DNA of 64,000 nucleotides from NCBI GenBank assembly GCA_034926865.1, contig JAYFQP010000006.1, positions 67,297-131,296 on the forward strand. The letters run 5' to 3'. The stretch is from Clostridiaceae bacterium (GTDB lineage Bacteria; Bacillota; Clostridia; Oscillospirales; Butyricicoccaceae). The translations under genes and the position numbers were made by a program. The notes beneath the pieces are model-generated. The model saw nothing but the letters and a program-made list of their open reading frames with translations. It was not told where the DNA came from and made no database searches. This document shows positions 47,838-56,774 of the stretch, piece by piece; the stretch's first letter is position 1, and each line of letters begins with the position of its first letter.

Positions 47838-47930
47838 AAGAAAGCGAGGAAGAGGGATGAAAACAAGCGTCACCCTGCGAGAACGAATGTGAAGGCTTGC
47901 TGAAAAATTAATTTTTTAGGAGCTGAACAC

Positions 47931-48962
47931 ATGATCAAACTTAATGATATCGCAAAGACCTTTTACGGCGATGGCGGAAAAGTCGAGGCCGTCAAGGATG
48001 TAAGCCTTGAAATAGACGACGGCGAAATATTTGGGATAATCGGCCTTTCAGGGGCCGGGAAATCAACTCTTGTCAGGTGCATCAACCTCCTTGAGAGGCC
48101 TGACTGCGGAACCGTGACTGTTGACAATGTAGAGCTTACTTCACTTGATGAAAAAAAACTCAGGCACCAGAGGATATCCATGGGCATGATATTTCAGCAT
48201 TTCAACCTCATGCCCTCCAGAACAGTATGGGGAAATATTGCCTATCCACTCAAAAAACAGAAGCTTTCAAAAGAGCAGATTGACACTCGTGTGACTGAGC
48301 TTTTAGAGCTTGTAGATCTTGGCGATAAGAGAGATGCTTATCCCAATCAGCTTTCTGGCGGACAGAAGCAGAGAGTAGCCATCGCAAGGGCTATCGCCAG
48401 TGGCCCCAGAGTGCTTTTGTGTGACGAAGCGACTTCCGCGCTTGACCCGGCAACCACGCTTTCCATCCTGGGGCTTCTTAAAAAAATAAATAAGGCACTT
48501 GGCCTTACGATAGTAATAATTACCCATGAAATGGCTGTCGTGAAAGAGATATGCGACAGGGTAGCTGTCATGGAAGGCGGAAGAGTCATAGAGGAAGGCG
48601 ATGTCCTTAACATTTTCTCTTCTCCGAAGTCGTCTGTTACTAAGTCTTTTATTGAAAGTGCCGCCAATATAGGCAAGATAAGAACGCTTGTGGAAGAGCA
48701 GTCGCCTGCTGTGGCGCTTGAGCCGGGACAGGTGCTTGCAAGGCTTAGATATCACGGGAGAAGCGCTGACCGGGCGATTATTTCATGTATCTCGAGAGAA
48801 TATGATGTCGACTGCAACATCATATTCGGCAATATAGAAATAATAAAGGATTCAGCCATAGGGACGCTTGTATTGATTTTCAGCGGTAAGAAAGAGAATA
48901 TTGAAAAAGCTGTTTCTTATTTGAGCGCCAATGACGTATCGGTGGAGGTGATAGACAGATGA
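47931..48962 (+). CDS. metN: methionine ABC importer ATP-binding protein (with C-terminal NIL domain)
   Basis: GLSGAGKST, LSGGQKQRVAIARAI and LCDEATSALD motifs, plus a roughly 100-aa C-terminal NIL-type domain. AGGAG RBS. Confidence 0.85.
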   Translation: MIKLNDIAKTFYGDGGKVEAVKDVSLEIDDGEIFGIIGLSGAGKSTLVRCINLLERPDCGTVTVDNVELTSLDEKKLRHQRISMGMIFQHFNLMPSRTVWGNIAYPLKKQKLSKEQIDTRVTELLELVDLGDKRDAYPNQLSGGQKQRVAIARAIASGPRVLLCDEATSALDPATTLSILGLLKKINKALGLTIVIITHEMAVVKEICDRVAVMEGGRVIEEGDVLNIFSSPKSSVTKSFIESAANIGKIRTLVEEQSPAVALEPGQVLARLRYHGRSADRAIISCISREYDVDCNIIFGNIEIIKDSAIGTLVLIFSGKKENIEKAVSYLSANDVSVEVIDR

Positions 48963-49636
48963 GTATATTATATGTGCTTTTCCCAAACACCATGGATAAG
49001 ATTCCGCAGTTTCTTGAAAGCATAGTGCAGACGTTTCAGATGGTTGCGCTTTCGGGGGTGATTTCCTTTATTATCGGCATGGTGCTCGGGGTTGTCCTTA
49101 CAGTGACAAAAAATGGGAATATCATGCAGAACGCCGTTGTAAACGGTATTCTCGACAAGGTGATAAATATATTCAGAAGCATACCTTTCGTCATACTGCT
49201 GACGGCTCTTTTGCCGCTCACCAGGGCCCTTGTGGGAACTGCGATCGGCACCAAGGGCGCGATAATACCGCTGATTTTCGGTACGGTGCCATTCTTCTCA
49301 AGGCAGATCGAAGCGGCTTTGGCCGAGCTTGACGGCGGCCTTATCGAAGCTGCACAGAGCATGGGAGACAGCCCTTGGGAGATAACCTTTAAGGTATATC
49401 TCAGAGAGAGCATTCCCTCTATTGTTCGGGGAACTACGATAACAACAATAAGTCTTATCGGGCTTACGGCAATGGCAGGGGCCATTGGCGGAGGAGGCCT
49501 GGGTAATTTTGCTATAATGTGGGGGCATCAGCGTCAGCAGACGGACTGCACCTATGCCGCTATGATAGTAATTCTGGCCCTTGTTTTCGCTGTTCAGGCG
49601 ATAGGAAATCTAATAATAAAAAAGACAACACATTGA
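48959..49636 (+). CDS. metI: methionine ABC importer permease
   Basis: 225 aa with 5 TM segments and an EAA-type loop (IEAAQSMG). The start overlaps the metN stop. Confidence 0.85.
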   Translation: MSILYVLFPNTMDKIPQFLESIVQTFQMVALSGVISFIIGMVLGVVLTVTKNGNIMQNAVVNGILDKVINIFRSIPFVILLTALLPLTRALVGTAIGTKGAIIPLIFGTVPFFSRQIEAALAELDGGLIEAAQSMGDSPWEITFKVYLRESIPSIVRGTTITTISLIGLTAMAGAIGGGGLGNFAIMWGHQRQQTDCTYAAMIVILALVFAVQAIGNLIIKKTTH

Positions 49637-49652
49637 TTTTGGAGGAATAAAA

Positions 49653-50501
49653 ATGAAGAAGCTTATATCACTTATAGCTATTCTGGCGCTTGTGTTCACC
49701 CTTGGAGCATGCGCATCTTCACAGGATACTGATGGAAACCAAGATTCACAGCAAAGCTCTGAACAGAAGGATGGGGCTGTTGTGAAGCTTGGAGTTGTAG
49801 GCGAGGCGAATGAAGCATGGCAGCCTGTTATCGAAAAGCTTGCCAAAGAGGATATAACCCTCGAGATAGTCAGTTTTTCAGATTATACGCTGCCTAATCA
49901 GGCCCTTGATGACGGGGATATTGATCTTAACTCCTTTCAGCATTACGCATTTCTTAATAATGATATCGAAAAGAACGGGTATAAACTGACAGCCATAGGT
50001 GAAACGGTTATTGCTCCCCTTGGCCTTTACAGCCAGAAGATCAAAGATATATCCGAGATCAAAAACGGAGATTCTATTGCCATACCCAGTGATACGACAA
50101 ATGGAGGACGTGCGCTTAAACTTCTTGAGTCTGCAGGATTAATAAAGGTGGACCCCGCAGCCGGATATACCCCGTTTGTTACGGATATTACCGAGAACCC
50201 ACTGAAGCTTGAGTTTGTTGAGGTAGAGGCATCCCTGACGCCCGGCTTGCTTCCCGATGTTGCCGCTGCGGTGATAAACGGAGGCCACGCTGTAGATAAC
50301 GGCCTTGTTCCCTCAGAGGATGCCATTTATCTTGAAAAAGTCGAGGACGGAGCGGATAACCCATATATAAATGTTATTGTCGCACGTACTGAGGATAAGG
50401 ACAATGAGGTCTATAAAAAGGTAGTTGAGTATTATCAGACGGACGAGGTAGCTGCCATAATCAAAGAGCAGTATAAGGGTTCTTATATCACCGTCTGGTA
50501 A
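49653..50501 (+). CDS. metQ: MetQ/NlpA-family methionine-binding lipoprotein
   Basis: Lipobox FTLGAC. NlpA-family pattern (LNSFQH, GDSIAIPSDTTNGGRAL). Confidence 0.85.
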   Translation: MKKLISLIAILALVFTLGACASSQDTDGNQDSQQSSEQKDGAVVKLGVVGEANEAWQPVIEKLAKEDITLEIVSFSDYTLPNQALDDGDIDLNSFQHYAFLNNDIEKNGYKLTAIGETVIAPLGLYSQKIKDISEIKNGDSIAIPSDTTNGGRALKLLESAGLIKVDPAAGYTPFVTDITENPLKLEFVEVEASLTPGLLPDVAAAVINGGHAVDNGLVPSEDAIYLEKVEDGADNPYINVIVARTEDKDNEVYKKVVEYYQTDEVAAIIKEQYKGSYITVW

Positions 50502-50506
50502 AATGG

Positions 50507-50540
50507 AAGAGAGAAGGGCAAATGCCCTTCTCTCTTTTTT
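50507..50540 (+). terminator. intrinsic terminator after metQ
   Basis: AAGAGAGAAGGGCA / TGCCCTTCTCTCTT 14-bp stem followed by a T-run. Confidence 0.85.
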
Positions 50541-50607
50541 AATTTGACCATATGCTATGCCGATGGTAAAATGTTTTTATAAAGAATGAAGAGTGGAGAA
50601 AAGGCAT

Positions 50608-51456
50608 ATGGGCAGATTTGACGGGATAATAAAAGGCATTGAGAGGCTTGCAAGCGAGAGCCAGGATGTACATGCAGCAATAATAATCGGCTCACAGGCC
50701 CGGGAAGATCACCCTTCGGACGATAGCTCTGATCTGGACGTTATTCTTATCGTCGGAGATACTGCGCATTATTTAAAAGATGACCGCTGGCTTGAGAATA
50801 TCGGGGGCCTTCAAATATCTTTTCTGGAAAAAACTATAGGTGGGGCAACAGAAAGGAGGATACTATTTGAGGGAGCTCTGGATGTAGATTTTATTATTAT
50901 GACCGAGGAGGATCTCAAGAGCCTTTTTAGCCGGAAAGCTTTGAACGGTATATTTGGAAGGGGATATAAGATCCTTGTAGATAAGATTGGGCTTGAGGGG
51001 CTAAATGAAGCTCCGCTGCAAGCTAAGGCCAATAAGCTTTCAGAGCAGGAGTTCTTAAACCTTGTGAACGACTTTTTCTATCATACAGTATGGACTGCCA
51101 AAAAGCTTAAACGCGGTGAAATGTGGACGGCAAAGCTCTGTCTTGACAGTTATATGAAGTTCCTGCTTTTGCAGATGATCGAGTGTCATGCGCTTGCACT
51201 TCATGGCGAGGATTATGATATATGGCACAGCGGACGTTTTATCGAGGAATGGGCTGAGAGTTGGATAATAAAAGAGCTTTCAGTATGCTTTGCCCATTTT
51301 GAAGAGAGCGATATAAAAGAGGCGCTTTTTAATACGATGAGCCTTTTTAGGGCTGTTGCCAAAGAGGCAGCGCAAATGATGGCATATACATATCCTAATA
51401 AAGCAGATGAGTTTGCCTCCGCTTGGGTTTCTGATTATTTGGAAAAAAGGCTTTAA
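50608..51456 (+). CDS. ANT(6)/AadK-like nucleotidyltransferase (streptomycin adenylyltransferase family)
   Basis: About 282 aa. The N-terminal nucleotidyltransferase fold (GSQAR..SDLDVILIV) and C-terminal helical domain are collinear with ANT(6) proteins. ATG at 50608 with a GGAGAA RBS; the track starts at GTG 50593. Confidence 0.55.
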   Translation: MGRFDGIIKGIERLASESQDVHAAIIIGSQAREDHPSDDSSDLDVILIVGDTAHYLKDDRWLENIGGLQISFLEKTIGGATERRILFEGALDVDFIIMTEEDLKSLFSRKALNGIFGRGYKILVDKIGLEGLNEAPLQAKANKLSEQEFLNLVNDFFYHTVWTAKKLKRGEMWTAKLCLDSYMKFLLLQMIECHALALHGEDYDIWHSGRFIEEWAESWIIKELSVCFAHFEESDIKEALFNTMSLFRAVAKEAAQMMAYTYPNKADEFASAWVSDYLEKRL

Positions 51457-51483
51457 TAGAGCATATTGGGAGCAAAAGAGATA

Positions 51484-51525
51484 AAAGACCCCTGTTCTGT
51501 TTTAGAATTCAGAAGGGGTCTTTTT
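51484..51525. terminator. bidirectional terminator between the ANT(6)-like gene and the amino-acid ABC operon
   Basis: GACCCC..TTCTG / CAGAA..GGGGTC stem flanked by A- and T-runs. Confidence 0.65.
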
Positions 51526-51550
51526 ATATTTCTTTGCTGTACAGATGCCC

Positions 51551-52300
51551 TTATGCCTCGTCCTGGGATACGAATCTTCTTATACGCGGGTTTTCGCTGT
51601 TAAATATGCTTTCCGGAGATCCTTCCTCAAGAATCAAGCCGTCATCCATGAAGAGCACCCTGTCTGAAATTCGCCGGGCAAAGCGCATTTCGTGGGTTAC
51701 TATCAGCATGGTCATCGTATGGCTTTCGGCGAGACGCTGGATAACATTCAGTACCTCCCCTACAAGCTCGGGATCGAGTGAAGAGGTAGGCTCATCAAAG
51801 AGCATGACCTGAGGCTTGACGGCCATAGCCCTGCCTATGCCCACTCGCTGCTGCTGCCCACCGGACATATGAGCGGGGTAGGAGTCACGCTTATCAAGGA
51901 GGCCTATTGTTGAAAGGATCTCTTCGGCTTCATGCAGAGCTTCGTCCTTTGGTATGTTCTGAACCTGCACAAGGGGTTCCAAAATGTTTTCAAGTGCCGT
52001 TTTGTTTTTGAAAAGGTTGTAGTTTTGGAAAACCATAGCTGTTTTATGACGCAGCTTATAAATATCTTTTTTAGAAGATTTTCCTGCTTCAACGGCAACA
52101 TTGTCGATTGTTATTGTGCCGCTTGTAGGTTTTTCAAGGTAATTTATACAGCGCAGAAGGGTAGATTTTCCTGTGCCGGATGGGCCTATGATAGATACTA
52201 CTTCGCCTTTTTTCACAGTAAGGTCAATGCCCTTTAGAACAGAAAGGGATCCGAAGTTTTTTGTAAGCCTTTTAATGCTCAGAATAGGCTCGCTGTTCAT
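51551..52300 (-). CDS. polar amino-acid ABC transporter ATP-binding protein (GlnQ-like)
   Basis: [24 protein letters not shown] and [10 protein letters not shown] motifs. Confidence 0.85.
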   Translation of the reverse strand: MNSEPILSIKRLTKNFGSLSVLKGIDLTVKKGEVVSIIGPSGTGKSTLLRCINYLEKPTSGTITIDNVAVEAGKSSKKDIYKLRHKTAMVFQNYNLFKNKTALENILEPLVQVQNIPKDEALHEAEEILSTIGLLDKRDSYPAHMSGGQQQRVGIGRAMAVKPQVMLFDEPTSSLDPELVGEVLNVIQRLAESHTMTMLIVTHEMRFARRISDRVLFMDDGLILEEGSPESIFNSENPRIRRFVSQDEA

Positions 52301-52983
52301 TATTTATTCCCCTCCTGTACATATGCTCTGTTCATTCTCTGCTCAAGCCTTGATTCTCCCCATTCAATAATGGCAAGTATTACCCAATATATTATAATTA
52401 GGGCCACATAGCCTTCAAGATACCTAAATGTCAGGTTTACCTGGTTTTTTGCAAAGGCTGTCATATCCATAACGCCTACGGTAAAGCAAAGGGATGTTGA
52501 CTTAAACAGGTTGGCAAAGCTGTTGGACATTCCTGGTATAGCGACGCGCGCAGCCTGAGGGATAATAATGCGCTTTATAGTCTGCCAGTTTGTAAGGCCG
52601 ATAGATATGCCTGCTTCAAATTGGCCTTTGTCTACAGATATTATTGCTCCGCGTATGTTTTCTCCCATATAAGCCGCAAAGCTGAGCGAAAGTACAACAA
52701 TTGTGGCCCAGTAGCTGGACATGTTTCTTATAAGAGTGGATATCTGAGAGAAACCGTAATAAAAAACAAAGAGCTGTGCAATAAAAGGCGTGCTGCGAAA
52801 AAAAGATGTAAAAATAACCGAAAACTGTTTAAGCCCCGGGACGTTATAATATCTCACGGCGGCCAACACAAAGCCTAAGAGCACTGAAAGGACAAGGGAT
52901 AAAACCGCTACTGAAAAGGTTGTGCCAAAGCCGTGAAGGATGATGCTGAACATGCTGGCAAAATAGTCTATATCGAAATTCAC
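52300..52983 (-). CDS. polar amino-acid ABC transporter permease (HisMQ family)
   Basis: 227 aa with 5 TM segments and an EAA-like loop ([14 protein letters not shown]). Confidence 0.8.
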   Translation of the reverse strand: MNFDIDYFASMFSIILHGFGTTFSVAVLSLVLSVLLGFVLAAVRYYNVPGLKQFSVIFTSFFRSTPFIAQLFVFYYGFSQISTLIRNMSSYWATIVVLSLSFAAYMGENIRGAIISVDKGQFEAGISIGLTNWQTIKRIIIPQAARVAIPGMSNSFANLFKSTSLCFTVGVMDMTAFAKNQVNLTFRYLEGYVALIIIYWVILAIIEWGESRLEQRMNRAYVQEGNK

Positions 52984-53065
52984 AAGCTACCTCCTGAAAA
53001 GAAGAATAAACGCAAAACATGGCAAGCGCCGTTTGACGCCTGCCGTGTTGCTTTGGCTGCGTTGA

Positions 53066-53947
53066 TTACTTTGAATAGTATTCCTTGGCAGCGGCGGTCT
53101 CCATTACATCATAGTCAAACCATTTTTCGCTTAATTGCTTGTGTGTACCATCTTTGATTATTTCGGCCAGAGCGCCGTCTACAAGCTTAAGTAATTCCTG
53201 ACCTCTGTCTGTGCGGGCAAAAGGATAACCGTTGACTTCCGTATAAATCGGGTTTTCCGTATCTACACATTTAAGATCCCAGTCGCTGTGCTTTTCAAGA
53301 AGGTACGGCAAAAGCAAATAGGCATAGGGCATAGCGTCTACTCTTTCCATAACTACTTCCTGAGGAATTGATGAAAAAGATTCATATGTTGCCTTTTCAA
53401 CCTTGTTATCAGGGTCAAGAGCTGCAACAAACTCATTCATGGCGCTGCCGTCGGCAAGGCCTATCTTTTTACCGGCCATATCGGCCCATGTCTTTATTTC
53501 TTCGTTATCGCCCCTGACGAGAAGACAGTACGGGCTGAAGAAATAGGGCTTAGTAAAGTCATATTTTTCCTGTCGTGCAGGAGTGATGCTTATTTGCTTG
53601 GCTACTGTATCAACTTTTCCGATCTCAAGATCACCAAAGGATGTGGCTACATCTTCTTGAACAAACTCAACTTTATATCCGATCCTATTTGCGATCTCAT
53701 TCCACATGTCGATCTCAAAACCCGACCATTCCTTTGTGGTCTCATCATATACGGTAAACCCTAAATAATCACCCGAGGTTGCAACACGAATAACTTTATC
53801 ATCGCTAGTTGATGTTTTATCATTATCGGTTGCTTCGGACTTATTTTGGGCATCTTTAGAACCTTCGCTTGTGTCACTCTTTGATCCGCACGCTGTAAAG
53901 GATAACGCCATCATAGCGGCAAGAATAAGTGCGAAAAATCTTTTCAT
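53066..53947 (-). CDS. amino-acid ABC transporter substrate-binding lipoprotein (family 3 SBP)
   Basis: Lipobox SFTACGS, a Ser/Asp/Thr-rich linker and an SBP_bac_3-like body. Confidence 0.8.
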   Translation of the reverse strand: MKRFFALILAAMMALSFTACGSKSDTSEGSKDAQNKSEATDNDKTSTSDDKVIRVATSGDYLGFTVYDETTKEWSGFEIDMWNEIANRIGYKVEFVQEDVATSFGDLEIGKVDTVAKQISITPARQEKYDFTKPYFFSPYCLLVRGDNEEIKTWADMAGKKIGLADGSAMNEFVAALDPDNKVEKATYESFSSIPQEVVMERVDAMPYAYLLLPYLLEKHSDWDLKCVDTENPIYTEVNGYPFARTDRGQELLKLVDGALAEIIKDGTHKQLSEKWFDYDVMETAAAKEYYSK

Positions 53948-53970
53948 ATCGTTCTCCTTCTATCGTTTGT

Positions 53971-54021
53971 GCAATACCGGTATCGCAAAACCATTATATG
54001 GAGCTGATTTTTGAAAGTCAA
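53971..54021 (-). promoter_or_regulatory. promoter plus palindromic operator of the amino-acid ABC operon
   Basis: Minus strand: TTGACT (54021-54016), 17 nt spacer, TATAAT (53998-53993). A 16-bp palindrome GCAATACCGGTATCGC (53971-53986, core ATACCGGTAT) lies just downstream of the -10 element. Confidence 0.5.
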
Positions 54022-54192
54022 ATCGTTTATTTCTTTTACAGAGGGGATACTTATTGAAAATAGCTATAAAATTACACACTGTAATAATTAGAAGTATTTA
54101 TTTATTATAATTTTAATATAATATTTATTTTTGCAAAACAAAAAGACGCTTATAAAGCGTCTTTTGCTTAGCAAATAATCTAACATCAGAAT

Positions 54193-54876
54193 CTATAGCC
54201 CGTTCTTTTTCCCTTCGAGGTTATCCGAAACGGTATGAAGAAGATTTAAAAGAGAGGGTGCAAGCTGAGGATAATTTGCCTGAAGTTTATCGATGGTCAG
54301 TTCAGAAATGGTTTCTGAATCATGCTTTTCATCCGCGGCAAGTTGTCGAAGCGCAAGCTCGCTTTTTTTAAGCTGAATGTCGCAAAGAGTGTCTATATAT
54401 TCAAATGGAACAGGAAAAGCATTGTCTGGATTTTGCTTTCTCAACGAGTAGACATAGCGATACATTTTATAAATCGACGTATAAAGATAAAGGCTGCAGT
54501 CGGCAATCAGTTTTCTGTCATTATGTCGTCCGAGCACGTCAAAAAAAATAGACATGGAATTGGTCAGTACCTTCCGCGAGAAAAGTGCCATGGCACTGCC
54601 TTTTAAGACATTGTCTTTCTGATCCATAACATCCGGAAGACTCTCCGCAACGATTGTTGAACCATCCCGCGACATGGTCCGGCCTAAAAGATAATCAGAG
54701 GAGACACTGTAATAATCAGAAGCTTTAACGAGAAATTCCAACCCAGGCTCTCTCATACCATTCTCATAGTGCGACAAAAGAGCCTGAGAAACACCTAAAT
54801 CTCCGGCTGCTTTTCTCTGGCTTATTTTCTTCTCTTTTCTCAGAAGCGAAAGAGTCCTGGGAAAGTCGTTTACCAT
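54193..54876 (-). CDS. XRE-family HTH regulator with an uncharacterised C-terminal domain
   Basis: HTH ISQRKAAGDLGVSQALLSHYENG. I prefer the ATG at 54876 (GGAG RBS); the track starts at TTG 54909. Confidence 0.7.
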   Translation of the reverse strand: MVNDFPRTLSLLRKEKKISQRKAAGDLGVSQALLSHYENGMREPGLEFLVKASDYYSVSSDYLLGRTMSRDGSTIVAESLPDVMDQKDNVLKGSAMALFSRKVLTNSMSIFFDVLGRHNDRKLIADCSLYLYTSIYKMYRYVYSLRKQNPDNAFPVPFEYIDTLCDIQLKKSELALRQLAADEKHDSETISELTIDKLQANYPQLAPSLLNLLHTVSDNLEGKKNGL

Positions 54877-55174
54877 GAGCAGTAATCTCCGTAATATTGA
54901 TAATAGCAACCATTTTGACCATAATGGCTAAAAAAATATATAAAGCAAAAATAAAAGGTAACATCAATAACACCATGTCTATTATAAAGAAAAAGGCATT
55001 CCAAAGGCCACAAGAGCTTTAGATTTAGTATACAGCCAAAAGCAAAATCAGTAAAGGCTTTTTTTAAAACTCGCTGTAATATTTCTTTGGCTGATTTTGT
55101 ATAAATCGACGGTATAAACTAAAATACACAAGATATTACACCTTTGGTGATTACAGACCGCAATATATTGGTTG

Positions 55175-56092
55175 CTAAAAGAAAAGCGTCATAATCGGAA
55201 TGGTTATCATCGAAAGCAGAGTGGAAACAAACACAACCTGTGAGCCGAATTCATAGTTGCCATTGTACTTTGCAGAGAGTATGGCCGTCATCGATGCGGC
55301 AGGCATTCCGGAAAGCAGGGTGCAAACGCCGACAAGCAAAGGCTCTACGTTAAACAAATTGAGAATTATGAATACGCAGGCCGGAATAAAGATAAGCCTT
55401 ATGAAGCTGTAGTATGAAAGAAGTTTTTTATCGATGTTTTTCAAATTGATATCGGCAAGGATAGCACCAATCACCATCATTGAAACAGCCGTTGTGCATC
55501 CGCCCACAGAATCTATTGTTTTCGTTATAAATCCGGGAAGCTCAAAAGGCGCAAACATTACGGCAAAGCCGACAAATACTGCAATGACGCAGGGGTGAGT
55601 CAAGAGATTTTTGATTACCGATTTGCTGTCGGTCTTTGTGTAAAGGCTAAGACCGGCTGACCATAAAAATATTCTTATGGGTATAAGAGCAATGGAGGCA
55701 TAAAGAAGCCCTTCGGCTCCAAAGACACCGTATGTAATCGGGTTGCCAAGAAAGCCTGCGTTTGAGGTAATAGTTCCATGGCGTAATATCACCTGTTTGT
55801 CCATTGGCACTTTTCTGTAAGCTACCAAACTGACAAGGTATGCAAAGGTTTGTACTGCCATGTATATTGCAAAGACCATTCCGGCAGATTTGAGAAGTTT
55901 GTCGGTGACTTCAATATCAAACGAGCTTACTATATTGCATGGTAGGATTATATTAATAAGCAAATCAGAAAGCACGCCTCTTGTTTTTGCGTCTATCATA
56001 TTTTTCTTGCGACAGAAAAAGCCAATTACCATGATAGTAAACAGAGAGAGCTGAAGATTCAGCATGGTTTGAAAAGTAGACACGATAATCAC
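55175..56092 (-). CDS. AEC (auxin efflux carrier) family transporter
   Basis: 305 aa with about 10 TM segments and the two-repeat membrane topology typical of AEC permeases. Confidence 0.7.
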   Translation of the reverse strand: MIIVSTFQTMLNLQLSLFTIMVIGFFCRKKNMIDAKTRGVLSDLLINIILPCNIVSSFDIEVTDKLLKSAGMVFAIYMAVQTFAYLVSLVAYRKVPMDKQVILRHGTITSNAGFLGNPITYGVFGAEGLLYASIALIPIRIFLWSAGLSLYTKTDSKSVIKNLLTHPCVIAVFVGFAVMFAPFELPGFITKTIDSVGGCTTAVSMMVIGAILADINLKNIDKKLLSYYSFIRLIFIPACVFIILNLFNVEPLLVGVCTLLSGMPAASMTAILSAKYNGNYEFGSQVVFVSTLLSMITIPIMTLFF

Positions 56093-56317
56093 TCCTCAGT
56101 ATTTATTCGCAACCTAAATAGTTTACAGCATTAATCATTAAAAGTCCATATTTTTATACAGAAAGCGACAAAAAAGCATATTTGCTTTAGAAATTGCCCC
56201 GATAAGAATATATGAGAATAAAAATAAGATCTTTTGCAGTTGAGAAAATCCCAGAGACATAAAAAACCCCCTGGGTTTCACCAGAGGGCTTTTAGTTTTG
56301 TTCTTGAAAAAGCTTGA

Positions 56318-56578
56318 CTATACGCTGTGTTTTACTCTATCGGCTTCTTCTGCAAGCTTGGCGTCGTTCCAGCGATCCATCGTACCCACAAGATATCCGG
56401 TTATTCTGCGGATTCTTTCAAAGGGCACCGCAACAAGAGTATAATTTAGGTCTACGTAATCCCCGTCTACGGTGATAGTCAGTTCATCTATCTTCTGATG
56501 ATTTTTTTCTTGAATATGATCCACATAGGCTTGCACTTCTTTTTGATCAAGCTTTCCGCCCTGCACATTGACTGTCAT
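56318..56578 (-). CDS. small protein resembling the C-terminal glycyl-radical tail of anaerobic ribonucleotide reductase NrdD
   Basis: 86 aa from the ATG at 56578, with GGAGG 8 nt upstream. The C-terminus FERIRRITGYLVGTMDRWNDAKLAEEADRVKHSV parallels the NrdD R-x-C/T-G-Y-L..N.GK..E...RVKH motif. The track start at 56611 adds 11 aa. Confidence 0.5.
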   Translation of the reverse strand: MTVNVQGGKLDQKEVQAYVDHIQEKNHQKIDELTITVDGDYVDLNYTLVAVPFERIRRITGYLVGTMDRWNDAKLAEEADRVKHSV

Positions 56579-56774
56579 TATTTTTACCTCCATACTATAT
56601 TTTGTGTTCAATTTTAATTATACACACTAAATAGCTAATTGCAATAGAAAATAAGACTTTTTTTAAACCTTAAAATATGATAATATATTTGCGTAAAGTT
56701 ATAAGAAAAATGCTCTTATCTTTTTATGTGAAAATAGTACCCAATAAAAATTAAATATAAGAGGAGTCTGAAAG

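Noticed and set aside
47421-47930. S-box (SAM-I) or Met T-box upstream of metN
   Set aside because: The characteristic cores (for example GAGGGA..GCCC..GCAACC..GGTGCTAA for the S-box, or the T-box 14-mer) are absent. The leader-peptide attenuator model fits better.
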